This document shows positions 36,090-47,868 of a stretch of DNA of 64,000 bases, piece by piece. Numbering within the stretch: the first letter of the stretch is position 1; every line of letters begins with the position of its first letter. The DNA is from the human T2T-CHM13v2.0 reference genome, Homo sapiens. The position numbers were made by a program, and so were the translations under genes. Location: the NCBI RefSeq assembly GCF_009914755.1, contig NC_060944.1; one strand, 5' to 3'. The notes under the pieces were generated by a model. The model was given only the letters and a program-made list of their open reading frames with translations, did not search any database and was not told where the DNA came from.

Positions 36090-38190
36090 CTTTTTATTTT
36101 GAGATAATTGTAGAGTCACATGCAGTTGTAGGAAATAAGACAGACAGATCCTGTAAGCCCTTCAGCCAGCCTCCCCCAAGGGTGATATCTTGCAGAACCG
36201 CAGTGCAGGTCACAGCCAGGAAACTGACCTTCGTACCGGCCACAGCCCCTACTAGTATCCCACCCGTTTGACCTGCATTCATTGGTGTGTCTGTGTGTGT
36301 GTGTGTCTCTGTGTGCATCTGTGTGTGTGTCAGTGTGTGTCTGTCTGTGTGTCTCTGTGTCTGTGTGTGTCTCTGTGTGTCTCTGTGTCTGAGTGTGTGT
36401 GTCTCTGTGTGTCTCTGTGTCTGTGTCTGCATCTGTGTGTGTGTCTGTGTCTGTGTGTCTCTGTGTGTGTGTCTGTATATGTCTCTGTGTGTGTCTCTGT
36501 GTCTGTGTCTCTGTTTCTGTGTGTCTGTGTCTGGGTGTCTGCATCTGTGTGTGTGTCTGTGTCTGTGTGTCTCTGTGTGTCTGTGTGTGTCTCTGTGTGT
36601 GTCTCTGTGTCTATATGTGTGTCTGTGTCTCTGTGTCTGTGTGTCTGTGTCTGTGTGTCTGCGTCTGTGTGTCTGTGTCTATGTGTGTCTGTGTCTGTGT
36701 GTGTGTCTCTGTGTCTGTATGTGTGTCTGTGTCTGTCTGTGTCTGTATCTGCGTATGTGTCTCTCTGTGCGTGTCTCTGTGTCTGTATGTGTATCTGTGT
36801 CTCTGTGTCTGTGTGTCTGCGTCTGTGTGTGTGTCTGTGTCTATGTGTGTCTCTGTGTCTGTATCTGTGTGTGTCTCTGTGTCTGTGTCTCTGTGTCTGT
36901 ATGTGTGTGTCTGTGTCTGTGTATCTGTGTCTGTGTGTCTGCGTCTGTGTGTGTGTCTGTGTCTGCATGTGTGTCTGTCTGTGTGCCTCCCATCAACCCT
37001 AACCTGTGGCAACCACGACTCTATTTTCATCTGTAGTGTTGTCATTCCAAGGATACTATAGAAATGGAATCACAGCCGTGTGTTCCCTTTTGGGATTGGC
37101 TGTTTTCCTGCAGCATCGTTCTCTGGATGTACAGCCAGGTCGTATCCATAGCTCGTTCCTTTCTGTGGCGTAGAATTCCGTGGCCTGGGTGTACCGCGGC
37201 TTATGAGCCATCCCCAACTGATGGACGCTGGGCAGTTTCAACTCTGGGCCATGATGAACTGAGCTGCTCTGAGCACCCATTCCTGCATGGGGTCTCGTGT
37301 GAACATAAGTTTCCATTTCTCTAGAATGAATGCCCGAGAATGCAATTGTGGGGTCATCTCGGGAGCAGGCGTTTGTTTTGTGGGGAACTTCCATGTTCTC
37401 TGCCAGAGGGGCTGCCCCATCGCACACTCATCCCGCCCTCCTGAGAGTCCCGGATTCTCGGCATCCTCACCAGCATCTGACGTTGTCATCACTTTCAACG
37501 TTAGCCATTCTAAGAGGTGCATGGTGGCCCCTCGTGGTTTTAATGTGTTTTCCCTCTGGCAAATGGTGCTGAGTGTCTTTTCCTGTGTTTATTGGCATCT
37601 GCGTGTCCTCTTCAAGGAAACGACTCTTCATGGCTTTCGTCCATTTCCTACTACGTTATTCTTTTACTGTTGAGTTTTCGGAATTCTTTACGTATTCTAG
37701 ATACAAGTCCTTTGTCGGATATGTGGTTTGCAAATATTTCTCCCACTCAGTAACTTGTCTTCCATCCTCCCCCCAGGGTCTTTGCGAGCGAAAGTGTTTA
37801 ATTTGGAGGAAGTCCAGTTTATCCATGCTTCCTCTTACGGAGCAGGCTTCAGCATCAAGTCTGAGAGCTCTTCATCAAGCCCTAGGTTCTGAAAATGCTC
37901 TTCTCTGGGTTTTCTAACAGTTGTTTAGGTTTGTAGTTTACGTTAGGTCCATGATTCATTTTGAGTTAATTTTTATATAACATGTGAGATGTAGATCCAG
38001 GTGTATTTTTTGCTCATCTCCATATTTTCCATGACTGCCCCAGCGCCATACATTGAAAGGCTGTCCTCCCTCCGGTGAATTGCTTTGACATCTTTGCAGG
38101 ACATCCATTGGGCACATTTGTGTGGGTCTGTTCCTAGGTTTATTGGTCTGTGTGTCTCCTGCCAACACTGCAGGATGACCGTAGCCTCAC
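36090..38190 (-). mobile_element. L1MC/L1MD-type LINE 3' end and ORF2 tail, interrupted by a TG/TCTG expansion
   Basis: tttttattttgagataattgtagagtcacatgcagttgtaggaaataa is an L1MC/MD terminus; also tattctagatacaagtcctttgtcggatatgtggtttgcaaatatttc and aggtccatgattcattttgagttaattttt. Confidence 0.85.
36284..36985. repeat. ~700-bp (TG)/(TCTG)/(TGTCTG) simple repeat
   Basis: Directly visible. Confidence 0.97.
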
Positions 38191-39694
38191 GGCCAGCTTC
38201 GCTGCCGGGTGGAGGGATGGCTTCGTGGACAGTGTGAGGTGGTCATGCCCTGGCCTTCACCTGTGTCCCTCCACCAGGGTGGGAACATGCACACAGCACT
38301 GCCCGTACTCAGCCCCCTCCTCAGCAGGCAGGGGTTCTGCCATGCTGTCCACGGCACTGCCGCGTGACCACAGCATGGCCCTGGGGTGGCCCCAGGCAAG
38401 CTCCTTCCCACTGCTTCACACATCTTCAGTAAAAGAACAAGGACAGTGCCTGCCTCATGGGCGGGGAAGGTCAGGGGCAGGCGTCTATGTGGCTCCCGGC
38501 AGTGACGCTGTCATTGACAGTGTCCTTATTATCTGCAGCTGTAACTCCTTCATATTAACAGCAACTTAATAATACATTCTGGCTCAAAATATCAGTTCAT
38601 TTTCCTGACTCCACCAAGGTAATTCTGTCAACTCAAACCTCTCTTAATAAATACAAGACAACTTTGAAAACCACCTATGTTCCAGATTCCTCAGAGCACC
38701 GAGGTCCACGGGGTCCTTGCCTGGTCACCCTGCTGGTCTGCCTGGCAATCCCTGTCTTCCCTGAGGGCTGAGCTACACCTCGGATATGCATATTTGTGAA
38801 TGATCACAAATTCCAAATCAGCCATGTCTGAACAATGCAGTTTTCTGGCCTGGGATGGGCCAACCATGGCCATGCCTGAGGTCTGGTTCCCAGACGCTGG
38901 CCTGCCAGGAGGACTTGGGTGCAGGTGATTTATGAAGGACCTGCCTGCTCCCAGGAGATGTCTGGGAGGGAGGAGGAGGTGCAGGATGCCCTGACAAGCA
39001 GAAACAGCACCTCAGAAGGGCCCCAATGCAAGGCAAGGTTGCTGGGTTCTGTGCAGGGCCCCAGCAGGTTCTCAGGAGGGGAAGAGGCATCACTGAAAAT
39101 GACAGTGACCACTGAAGGCGTCTGTCCAGGTGGCATCCAGGCCCCTGCAGGGTTGGCTACAAGCCACAGCTGGTTTCCCCCTCCCGTCTAGAGTAATGGC
39201 CCACAGGCTGTGTTTCCCAAGGGCTCCTCCTGCAGGATCCTGGCATTTATATCTGCAGGAGGACTCTGAGACCCATGGAGACCTGTGCTGAGAAACAGCC
39301 ACCCTTGTCCCCAGGGCAGAGAAGTACCCGGGGGACCCTCTGGCTGTCTGCCTGCAGATCAGCATGCAGCCCCCCAGGGTGCCTTTGGGTCTAAAAAGGT
39401 GTGTTCTATTCCTTTGAACTGGACCTTTTGAGAAGAGCAAGCAACAGATGAAAAATAGCTGTGGCCACCACCCTGACCTGAAGCTCACGCACCCGCACCT
39501 GCCTCAGCTGTCCACTCTGCCTAGTCCCAAGAACCGCACTGGACGTGGGCTCCGCTGGTCTCCACCGACGATCCCTGCTTCTCTGCACCCAGGGGCAGGG
39601 CCAGCAATGAGGCCTAGTGAGGTTCCACGTGGGAAGGACACACCTTCCGCTGAAGATGCGATCATGCGGTCATCACAGAAATGCGGCCGGCGGC

Positions 39695-39922
39695 ATTCAT
39701 CCACTCGGCCAGGTGCCAGGCACCACTCTTAAGTTCTCCATACAAATCAGCTCACTAAATGCCACGACAGCCCCAGGAAACGGCTAGTTTTATTTCCCCC
39801 GCATACAACATGAGGAAGTGAAGGCACCGTTCTGTAACAGTAAAGACCCACAGCAGCTGGGAGGGAAAGGCAAGACTTAGAGGCCAATGGATGGTCTCCT
39901 GAACGCCCCTGCTAACCACTCT
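39695..39922 (-). mobile_element. MIR, diverged
   Basis: gtgccaggcacc...ttttatttcccc...atgaggaagtgaaggcac...taaccact. Confidence 0.55.
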
Positions 39923-39945
39923 GCAAACCGCCTCCCCTTCCCCGC

Positions 39946-40270
39946 CTGTGCGTTAGGAATGCCTTTGGCTGAAAGTCACAGAAAACCCAACCACAGAGAA
40001 CCCAACCACAGAAAACCCAACCACAGCAGCTTGAACAAGTGGAGGCTGGGGTGAGAGCTCAAGGCGTCGGGCCGAGGCCTGTGTGGTGGTCACCCCGCTT
40101 CTCAGTTCTCACCACGTTGTCACGAGGTGGCTGCGGCGCCCCCAAGCGTCACGTACACCATCAGGCAGGAGGGAGGAGGGGGCAATGTGTAGCATGGGCA
40201 GTTTCCTGTAGGAAGAAGTCCCAGGTGGCTGTGTTGTCCTGTGGGTAAGGTGGGCATCTTAGCTGGGTGC
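39946..40270. mobile_element. Old MLT1-like fragment containing 3 x 15-bp cacagaaaacccaac (39977-40026)
   Basis: ttaggaatgcctttggctgaaagtcacagaaaacccaac resembles MLT1J/K/L termini; the triple repeat is directly visible. Confidence 0.5.
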
Positions 40271-42349
40271 TGCGGAGGGCACCAGGTGGGAACGCAGGAA
40301 CCCCACCCTCCAGAAGCGCACTGTCCCGTTGAGAAACCCAGAGATACATCCGCTCCTCAAGGTGCAGGCCTCACACCTGGGGAAAGGCAGGGAAGCAAAC
40401 GTCCCAGGCCACTGTGAACGGGAAGCGCCTTTCCCTGTCCCCGGGCCCTGGCAAAGGCTGTGCCCTCAGCCCAGGGCGCTGTCCCCCACGCTCTGCGCCA
40501 GCTCCTTTCCTCCTGCAGCTCACAGCCACTTCTGCACAGATGTCTTGCCCTGGCCTCTCCCCCAGGCAGCCCCCTCCATGCCCTGGGCAACTCCCTTGAC
40601 ACCCGGAGAGTCACTCAGGTGGCTGTTGGTCTCCACCACCGGGTTCCAGTTCTGAGCACAGAGACCCCATCTCCTCCTTCACCCTTGCCGTGGAGGCTGC
40701 AGGGAGAGCCCAGCCTCAGCCTGACCCCGGGGGCAGCTCTCAAGCCTTGATGACACCTCAGACGTGTCCCAGCACTAGCTCCTGGTTCTCCCAAGGTGGA
40801 CTCATTCTGCAAGATGGGCAGGAGTCCATGAGGACCTCCTTGGCGGGGGCGGTCCTTGATGGACAGGTGGGGTCCACACAGGTGCAGAGGGAGGCAGATG
40901 TCTGCCAGGCCCACTGTGAGGCCAGGCGTCTCGTCCAGGGCAGGAGGGCAGTGGACAGCCAGCCTGCCATCCGTACTGCCTGGTCCCCTGGACCCCTCGC
41001 TCCCCATCACTGACCAGTGACTGTTTTCCACCGCTGTCCCCCGCAGCATCAGAGAACGAGCTCTCAGGGCTCGGGAACTCACCCAGGCTCTCAGCATTTC
41101 TCAAAGTGCCCAGGGAAAGACACCTCCGTATTGATGATTTTTTAACTAAAAAGGGCTCTAATCGGGATGTGCTACTTCCTCTAACCCCTCGTAACTGTGT
41201 GGGGCCTATATTATAAGTTTTGAAATTAATGTCATTTTAAAATATTAAAAAGCAGGGAAATCTGCGTGCTGCAAATGAAGTCAAAGAGACCTTCATCTAT
41301 ACAGCACCGAGTTTTTGCTTAAACAGATTATTCTATTAGTGGGCCCCGTTTATTTATTTATTTTCTTTCTTTGCCGGCAGAAGTCCCCCTGAGGTTAATG
41401 CATAGATGGCACTAGATACTTGAAAGTCGTCTGAATATTAAGAATTTAAATCTCTAGCCTCAGTGATTTGAACAGAAAGCCAATTATGGGGCTGAATTAG
41501 TTTTCAAATTAAACTGCAATTGAAGGCTTGTGAAATTAATCCTTTAAGGCGCATGGCAGCGTTGGTACATGAATTCCGAGAAAGAGCCGAGCCTGGCAGC
41601 CTCCGCTGTCTCCCCCTTTACCTGTTAGCATGATCCGTAAGGAGGTGTCCAGCATCTCCCACGTGAAAGACGAGGCTGCTCCTCACCTGCAGCCGGGGCG
41701 GGGGATGCTGTCCCAACTCGCTGCTTCCTTGATGGGGAAATATTCAGGTCTGTCTGCTGGGGGAGAAGGAGGTGGAAAGAGGCCTCCAGAGAAAGCCCTA
41801 GAAAGATGGTTTCCTTCTCATTCTCAAAGCCCACGGGGCAGGAGAACTCACCTGGGCACCCCAGGTTAGCGCAGATGCCACTGGGTGACCGTTCCTCGGC
41901 AGAGGGCACAGGTGAGGGACTGCTGGCCACATCTTTCCTGCGGGGAGCCCAGTTTCAGGATTTACAGCCTCTGTGGAACGGAGCCCTGCAGGGCTCGCAC
42001 TTGAGCATGGCCCAGATCCTGCGTCACTGGAGAAGCGAGAGGGCCAGTGGGGACACGGGGATCCAGGTTCCCACTTCCCAGACACCAGAGCCAGCGCTGC
42101 TTACAGCACAGGAAGGAGGCCAGAGGGACAGAGCAGCTCTAGGTGCAGAGGAGGAGCCGAGGCTCCCGGAGGTGAAGCGAGGGTGCAGACCCATGAGGCT
42201 GGGATGGCTGCTCTAGTGCCAAGCCCCACCTGGCCTCCAAAGTCACCCAGGGCCACAGAGGCTCCTGCGGATGGAAAGAGGCCCCCGTCTCCTCCCAGCC
42301 TTACCAGCATGGGTTTCCAGACACTGCCTGCCTCAGCTTCAGCTTAGCC

Positions 42350-42749
42350 CTTGGGCGGGTGGAGCCCTGCCCCCCAATTCACATCCATCCAGCACTTCAG
42401 AATGTGACCTTATTCAAAAATAGTTCTTTGCAGACATTTTGTTAAGATGAGGCCAGTAGGGTGGGCCCTGAATCCAATGACTGTTTTCCTTCTAACAAGA
42501 GGACAAGACACAGGGCAGGGCCTAAGACGGTGGAGGCAGAGGCTGGAGTGACGTGGCCACAAGCCCAGGAGCACCCAAGTTGGACGGTGCCCCCACCCCA
42601 GGAGCTGGAAGGGCCAGGGCAGGGCTGCTGGCGTTGAGCCCTGTGTGCTGGTGCTGCCTCCTGGCCTCTGGAGCTGACGGGGCCAGTTCTGTTGCTTCAA
42701 GCTCCCCATCTGCGGTGCTTTGGCACAGCAGCCCAGGAGACCAGTGCAG
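42350..42749 (+). mobile_element. MLT1 (B/C-like) LTR
   Basis: cagaatgtgaccttatt...tttgcaga...ttaagatgagg...agggtgggccctgaatccaatgact...ggaggcagaggctggagtga...cagcagcccaggagaccagtgca. Confidence 0.82.
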
Positions 42750-43588
42750 TCCCCTTTGGGGAGAAGCCTGGGGAACCCCCTGGTTTCGCCCACTTCCCTC
42801 CCCATGCAGCCAGAAACCCTGTCCATCGAACATCCTGCCACTTGGAGCCTGTGGGGAATGCAGCACATGCCCCCAGAAACACAAGAAAACACATTGCTGG
42901 GGAGAGGGCTGTGTGACCCAAGCCACAGAGACCACGTCTGCTGATCCCAGGATCCTGGAGCGGCCACTGTGGCTCAGGGACTCCAGACACAAGGGGCCGT
43001 GGATCCAGTGAGGTCAGAGGCACCGCAGCTCCCTCTCCAGGACACACTCACTCAACTCCCAGAGCCAAGCCCTTGCCAGCGCGGACGGCGCCCATGAGAG
43101 GACCGAGGGGGAGGTGGCCCCAGCTTCCCGGGCAGACCCTTATGAGACAAACCCGATTATCTCCACCCATCATTCCCTCCTGAATCCACTGACAAACCAG
43201 CCCTGGTGAGTTCGCTGGGGCCTCCCAGGGCAAGGCCAAGTGCAGCAGTTGTCCTGTTGCCCTTGACCCCTGGCTGTGGTCCTCTCTGGGGCTGCACGGG
43301 GCCACTCTCCTGCCCTGTCACCCCCCCGGGTCCTGGCTTTCTCTCCAGTCTGCTGTGCAGCAGAGCCTCCAGGGCTCTGTGCCACACCTGGGGGATTTTC
43401 TGCCTAAATCCACCCCTGAGTGGATTCGAGGCAGCCTCGTGAACTTCAATCTGTGTGCGCCCAGACCTCATGCCCCGACCCCTGCCTGGCCTCTCCCTGT
43501 GCTCCCACCCCTGCCCCTGCCCCCCAACAGCTCTGCCAGGTACCCCTCCTGCCACCCTGCATCCCTCGCTGCATCCGGCAGGAGGCAG

Positions 43589-44323
43589 TGAGCTGACTTC
43601 CTGGCTAGTTAATGTAGGTGATGAACTGACTTCCTGGCTGATTAGTGTAGGTGATGAGCTGGCTTCTGGGGATGGTTAGTGTAGATGATGGACTGACTTC
43701 TTGGAATGGTTTATGTAGGTGATAACTGACTTCCTGGCTGGTTAGTGTAGATAATGGGCTGGCTTCCTGAATGGTTAGTATAGATAATGGTTGGCTTCCT
43801 GGCTGATTAGTGTAGATGATAGGTTGCTTCCTGGCTGGTTTGTGTATGTAATGGGTTAGTTTCCTGTACTGGTTAGTGTAGATGATACCTGGCATCCTGG
43901 GTGGTTAGTGTATGTAATGGGTTAGTTCCTGGGCTAGTTAGTGTAGATTATAGCTGGCTTCCTGGCTGGTTAGTGTAGATGATAGGTCGCTTCCTGGCTC
44001 ATTAGTGTATGTAATGGGTTAGGTTCCTAGACTGGTTAGTGTAGATGATACCTGGCTTCCTGGCTGGTTAGTGTAGATGATAGCTGTCTTCCTGGCTGGT
44101 TTGTGTATGTAATGGGTTAGTTTCCTGGACAGGTTAGTGTAGATGATAGCTGGCTTCCTGACTGGTTAGTGTATGTAATGGGTTAGTTTCCTGAGCTAGT
44201 TAGTGTAGATGATAGCTGGCTTCCTGGCTGGTTTGTGTATATAATGGGTTAGTTTCCTTGGTTAGTGTAGATGATAGCTGGCTTCCTGGCTGGTTAGTGT
44301 AGGTAATGGCTTAGTTTCCTGGG
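43589..44323. repeat. 32-34-bp minisatellite (tagctggcttcctggctggttagtgtagatga), ~22 copies
   Basis: Period 33 at the start (43589, 43622); two unit variants interleave from ~43820. Confidence 0.95.
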
Positions 44324-45671
44324 CTGCTTACTGCAGGTGTGGTCAGAATTCTATTTTTATATTTGATCTGGTCATTGCTCGTGTTTATATTGAACATCTT
44401 AGCAGCACCTGGGATCATACGGTACCCTGTCACCACCAGCATCCTGGCACTGAGGTCATCAAGGGACCGAAGTTTCCTACCTGGAGGACCCTCAGTTGTT
44501 CTGTAGTGGCCACACCACCCCCTGGCATGGGGGATTTTGCCCAGAGGACCCTCGGTGCCACCCCCTGGCATGGGGGATTTTGTTTATGAGCTTCAGCCCC
44601 TGGGGTATACACAACATAGGTCTCAATGCTTGGCACAGAGGGATGTTCAGTAAATATTTGTTCCAGGCCCTACTCTGCTCTCAGAAACGATGTCAGCTTG
44701 GACAGCCAGGGTTTTCCACACCTGCGATTTTTTCCTTAGGATAAACTCCTAGCAGTGAATTTGCTGAGTGGGCACATTTTGAAGGGTTTTGTGTATGCAC
44801 AGCTAAACCGCCTCTGAGAAGCTGAGGCCTCCCCCTCCCCCCGGAGGCCATGGAAGGGGCCAGCTGCCCTCTGTGCCATCACGATTAGGTACCATCATTA
44901 TTTTAAAGTAGCTTTTGCACATTTGACATGTGGAAAATGTCTTCCTTTCATTTCTTTGATCAATAATAAAGTTGGTTTTAAAAAGAAGGAGAAGCAGCAG
45001 AAAGCCCATCTGTGTTAAAGATGTACGATCCAGACCCTTTGGCAAGAGGGCTACACCCCAGCGTTCCAGCAGGTGTGTTGGGTGTGAGACGGTCAGTGCC
45101 TTCTCCTCATTGTGCCTTTAGATGTTTCCCGGTGAGCGTGTGCTAGTTATCATGAGTGTGTTTTATTTCTGCATCCAGAAAAGAATTCTCAAAAGTGTGT
45201 CATTTGGCCTTAAAAAGCAGATTCCTGAACGTAGCAAAAAGAAAAAAGCGTAGATGCCTAGATGGAGCATGTTTTCGCAGTTGGCCGGAAAGCAGGGAGC
45301 GGTCCTTGTTGCCAGAGAGTGGGATCCTGAGCCACCTCCCAAAGAGGGGCCTCCCAAAGAGGGGCCCTGCCGTCGCCCTTTCCCGGGAAGGAGATGATGC
45401 CGACGGCTGGGGGTGGTTCTTAAGAGCAGCGTCCATCCTCAGGGAGCATCCAGTGAGGAACCAGCAGGAGAGAGACGGGTGGAGGCTGCCTTCCAGGTGC
45501 CCACACACACACAGCTGTTTCCAGAACACTCGCTCTGGGCGCATGCATGTTTGACTCTGAGCCTGGGATTTTGAAGCCCTGCTCTCCCTTCCTGAAACAC
45601 TGACACCCTGGCTTTGCCAGTCCAGGCACTGTGTCAGAAGCAGGGGACCTCCCCTCAAAGAGCTTATGATA

Positions 45672-45977
45672 GGCCAGGCACGGTAGCTCACACCTGTAAT
45701 CCCAGCACTTTGGGAGGCCAAGGCAGGTGGATCACCTAAGCTCAGGAGTTCAAGACCAGCCTGACCAACATGGAGAAACCCCATCTCTACTAAAAACACA
45801 AAAATTAGTCGGGCATGTTGGTGCACTCCTGTGATCTCAGCTACTTGGGAGGCTGAGGCAGGGGAATCAGTTGAACCCAGGAGGTGAAGGCTGCAGTGAA
45901 CAAAGATCATGCCACTGCCCTCCTGCCTGGGCGACAGAGCAAGACTCCATCCAAAAAAAAAAAAAAGAGAGAGAGAG
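45672..45977 (+). mobile_element. AluS (Sp-like) with A/(GA)n tail and 13-bp TSD
   Basis: cctgaccaacatggagaaacccc; TSD agagcttatgata at 45659-45671 and 45978-45990. Confidence 0.94.
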
Positions 45978-46992
45978 AGAGCTTATGATAAAATTGAGCC
46001 CAAGTAAAGTGGGGGATTCCTGGGTGCTCATCACATTTTCCTCCTCCCCCCAGGCCCCTCCTCCTGTGCCCTGGAGGTGGCCAGCAGCTCTAAGTGCAGG
46101 ATTTGCCTCCTGAGGCAGGAGGCGAGCAGAGGAGGGCACCATGGCATTGGTTTAAAGCCATTACTGTCTTGAGTTAATGAAGAGCTAATGTGATAAAAGC
46201 CACTGCAAGCTTCTAATGAGCAGTCCTTTCCACGGGGGAGTGGGTGCGTAAACTAAGGTGGCCCACGAGGCGCGATGCATCTGCCAAGGTGAGCTGAGTT
46301 CCGATGACTCCGGCCATCTCAGAACGTCCAGGCTCTTCTCTGTGAGGAAGACATTCTATTTCTGCAAAAACTCCACCACATGGAAATGGGGATATTGTTG
46401 CTTGCATCAGATGTAAGGGGTGCAATTATTCGTAACCAAAAAGCAGGCAGAGACTTGGACCCCTGATCAATATCCGATTAGTGCTTGGTTAATGAGCATA
46501 AACCGCAGAATGGATCAGTCCTTCAAGTCAGACATGTGGAGTTTCCACGCTGGAGGACTCTGGGGTCTGGGCCAGGGCCACCAGCTCATCCCACGGTGGG
46601 GGTGCAGAGGGGGTTCGTCCACGCCAGGACCCCTTCCCAGGGCGGGCATCCTGGGGCCGTCTGTGTTCCGTGGTACAGAGACGCGGGAATGCTGTAGATG
46701 GGAGGGAATTCAGTCCAAGGGAACCCTCTACAGCTGTAGGCCTGAGCAGGACCTCTGAGGAGTCAGAGGGGAGGCAGCCTGGCTGGTTCCTGCCGCAGAG
46801 GCCCAGCTTCTAATGGGGCAGGGGCCAACAAGGGGTGAGAGGCACAGACAGCTTGGTAGGTGGGGACCCGGACAGCTCCACAGTATTCAGCATCATAGAC
46901 AGTAGAGGGAAGGGCCAGCATCTCAACTCCCAAACCCACAACAGGCCATAAACCCTGCTGTCATCAGCCTTAAGGCAAACCAGGCGATTATA

Positions 46993-47155
46993 CCTCCATG
47001 CTGGGCAGATGTCCCCTCCACGCTGGCTGAGTGTCCCTCCATGCTAAGCGGTGTCCTCCATGCTGGGCGGATGTCCCCTCCACACTGGCCGGGTGTCCCT
47101 CCACTCTGGGCAGGTGTCCCCCCACACTGGGCAGGTGTCCTCCTCCCTGGCCAGC
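46993..47155. repeat. ~21-bp minisatellite (cctccacgctgggcaggtgtc), ~8 copies
   Basis: Directly visible. Confidence 0.85.
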
Positions 47156-47335
47156 TGGGTGCTTTCCTCCTGTGCTGGAGCTGCCTCTCCTCTTGTCACC
47201 TGGTTTCCCCACCATGTATTCCAGAGGGGAGGGCGGGAGACGGGGAGCTCTGAGCACACGTGGGGAAGCCCCATCCCAGCCGGGCACACGTGGCCCCCAC
47301 TGAGCCAAGCCTCCAGCTGTGGCACCTGCAGCTCA

Positions 47336-47429
47336 CAGGCTGTGGTGGACACACACAAAGCCTCTAGACGTGGCAAACGTGGCAGGCTGTGGTGGACACA
47401 CACAAAGCCTCTAGACGTGGCAAACGTGG
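47336..47429. repeat. Perfect 47-bp tandem duplication
   Basis: caggctgtggtggacacacacaaagcctctagacgtggcaaacgtgg at 47336 and 47383. Confidence 0.97.
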
Positions 47430-47663
47430 CAAGTGCCTTCAAGGAGCTCAACTTATTGAATGAAGGACTGGCCTTTATTCTGAGACTAAGTCTTTCCTAT
47501 GATTTTGATGGTAAAACATTATTTTCCTTTCATGAAACATTTGAGCTAGATGTATACTTTAAGGTCTTCCCTTGGTAGAACTAGAAGTTGGCAACCCTAT
47601 ATTGATTCCCCTGTATTTTTAAAAACCAATGTTGTCCCTGAAATCCAAAAAAAGAGCATACAG

Positions 47664-47868
47664 CAGAGGTCAGCAAACCACCGGCCAAACACAGCTCAGC
47701 ACCTGCTTCTGTGAATGGTTTGATGGGAACACAGCCGTGCCCATTGCTGGACGCATCCTCTCAGGCTGCTTCTGTGCAGCTTTGAGGAGTTGGAACAGGG
47801 AATGTGTGCCCGCAAAGCCTGACATACATACTGTCCAGCCCTTTACAGAAAGTGTCTGCTGGACCCTG
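47664..47868 (+). mobile_element. MER58A (hAT-Charlie)
   Basis: cagaggtcagcaaac...ggaacacagccgtgcccatt...cccgcaaagcct...ccctttacagaaa...accctg. Confidence 0.82.

Noticed and set aside
36094-37061. Multiple CV- and TH/RD-rich ORFs
   Set aside because: Simple-repeat translations.
38341-38361. REST/NRSE-like sequence gctgtccacggcactg
   Set aside because: Only one half-site matches; mismatches at core positions of the other.
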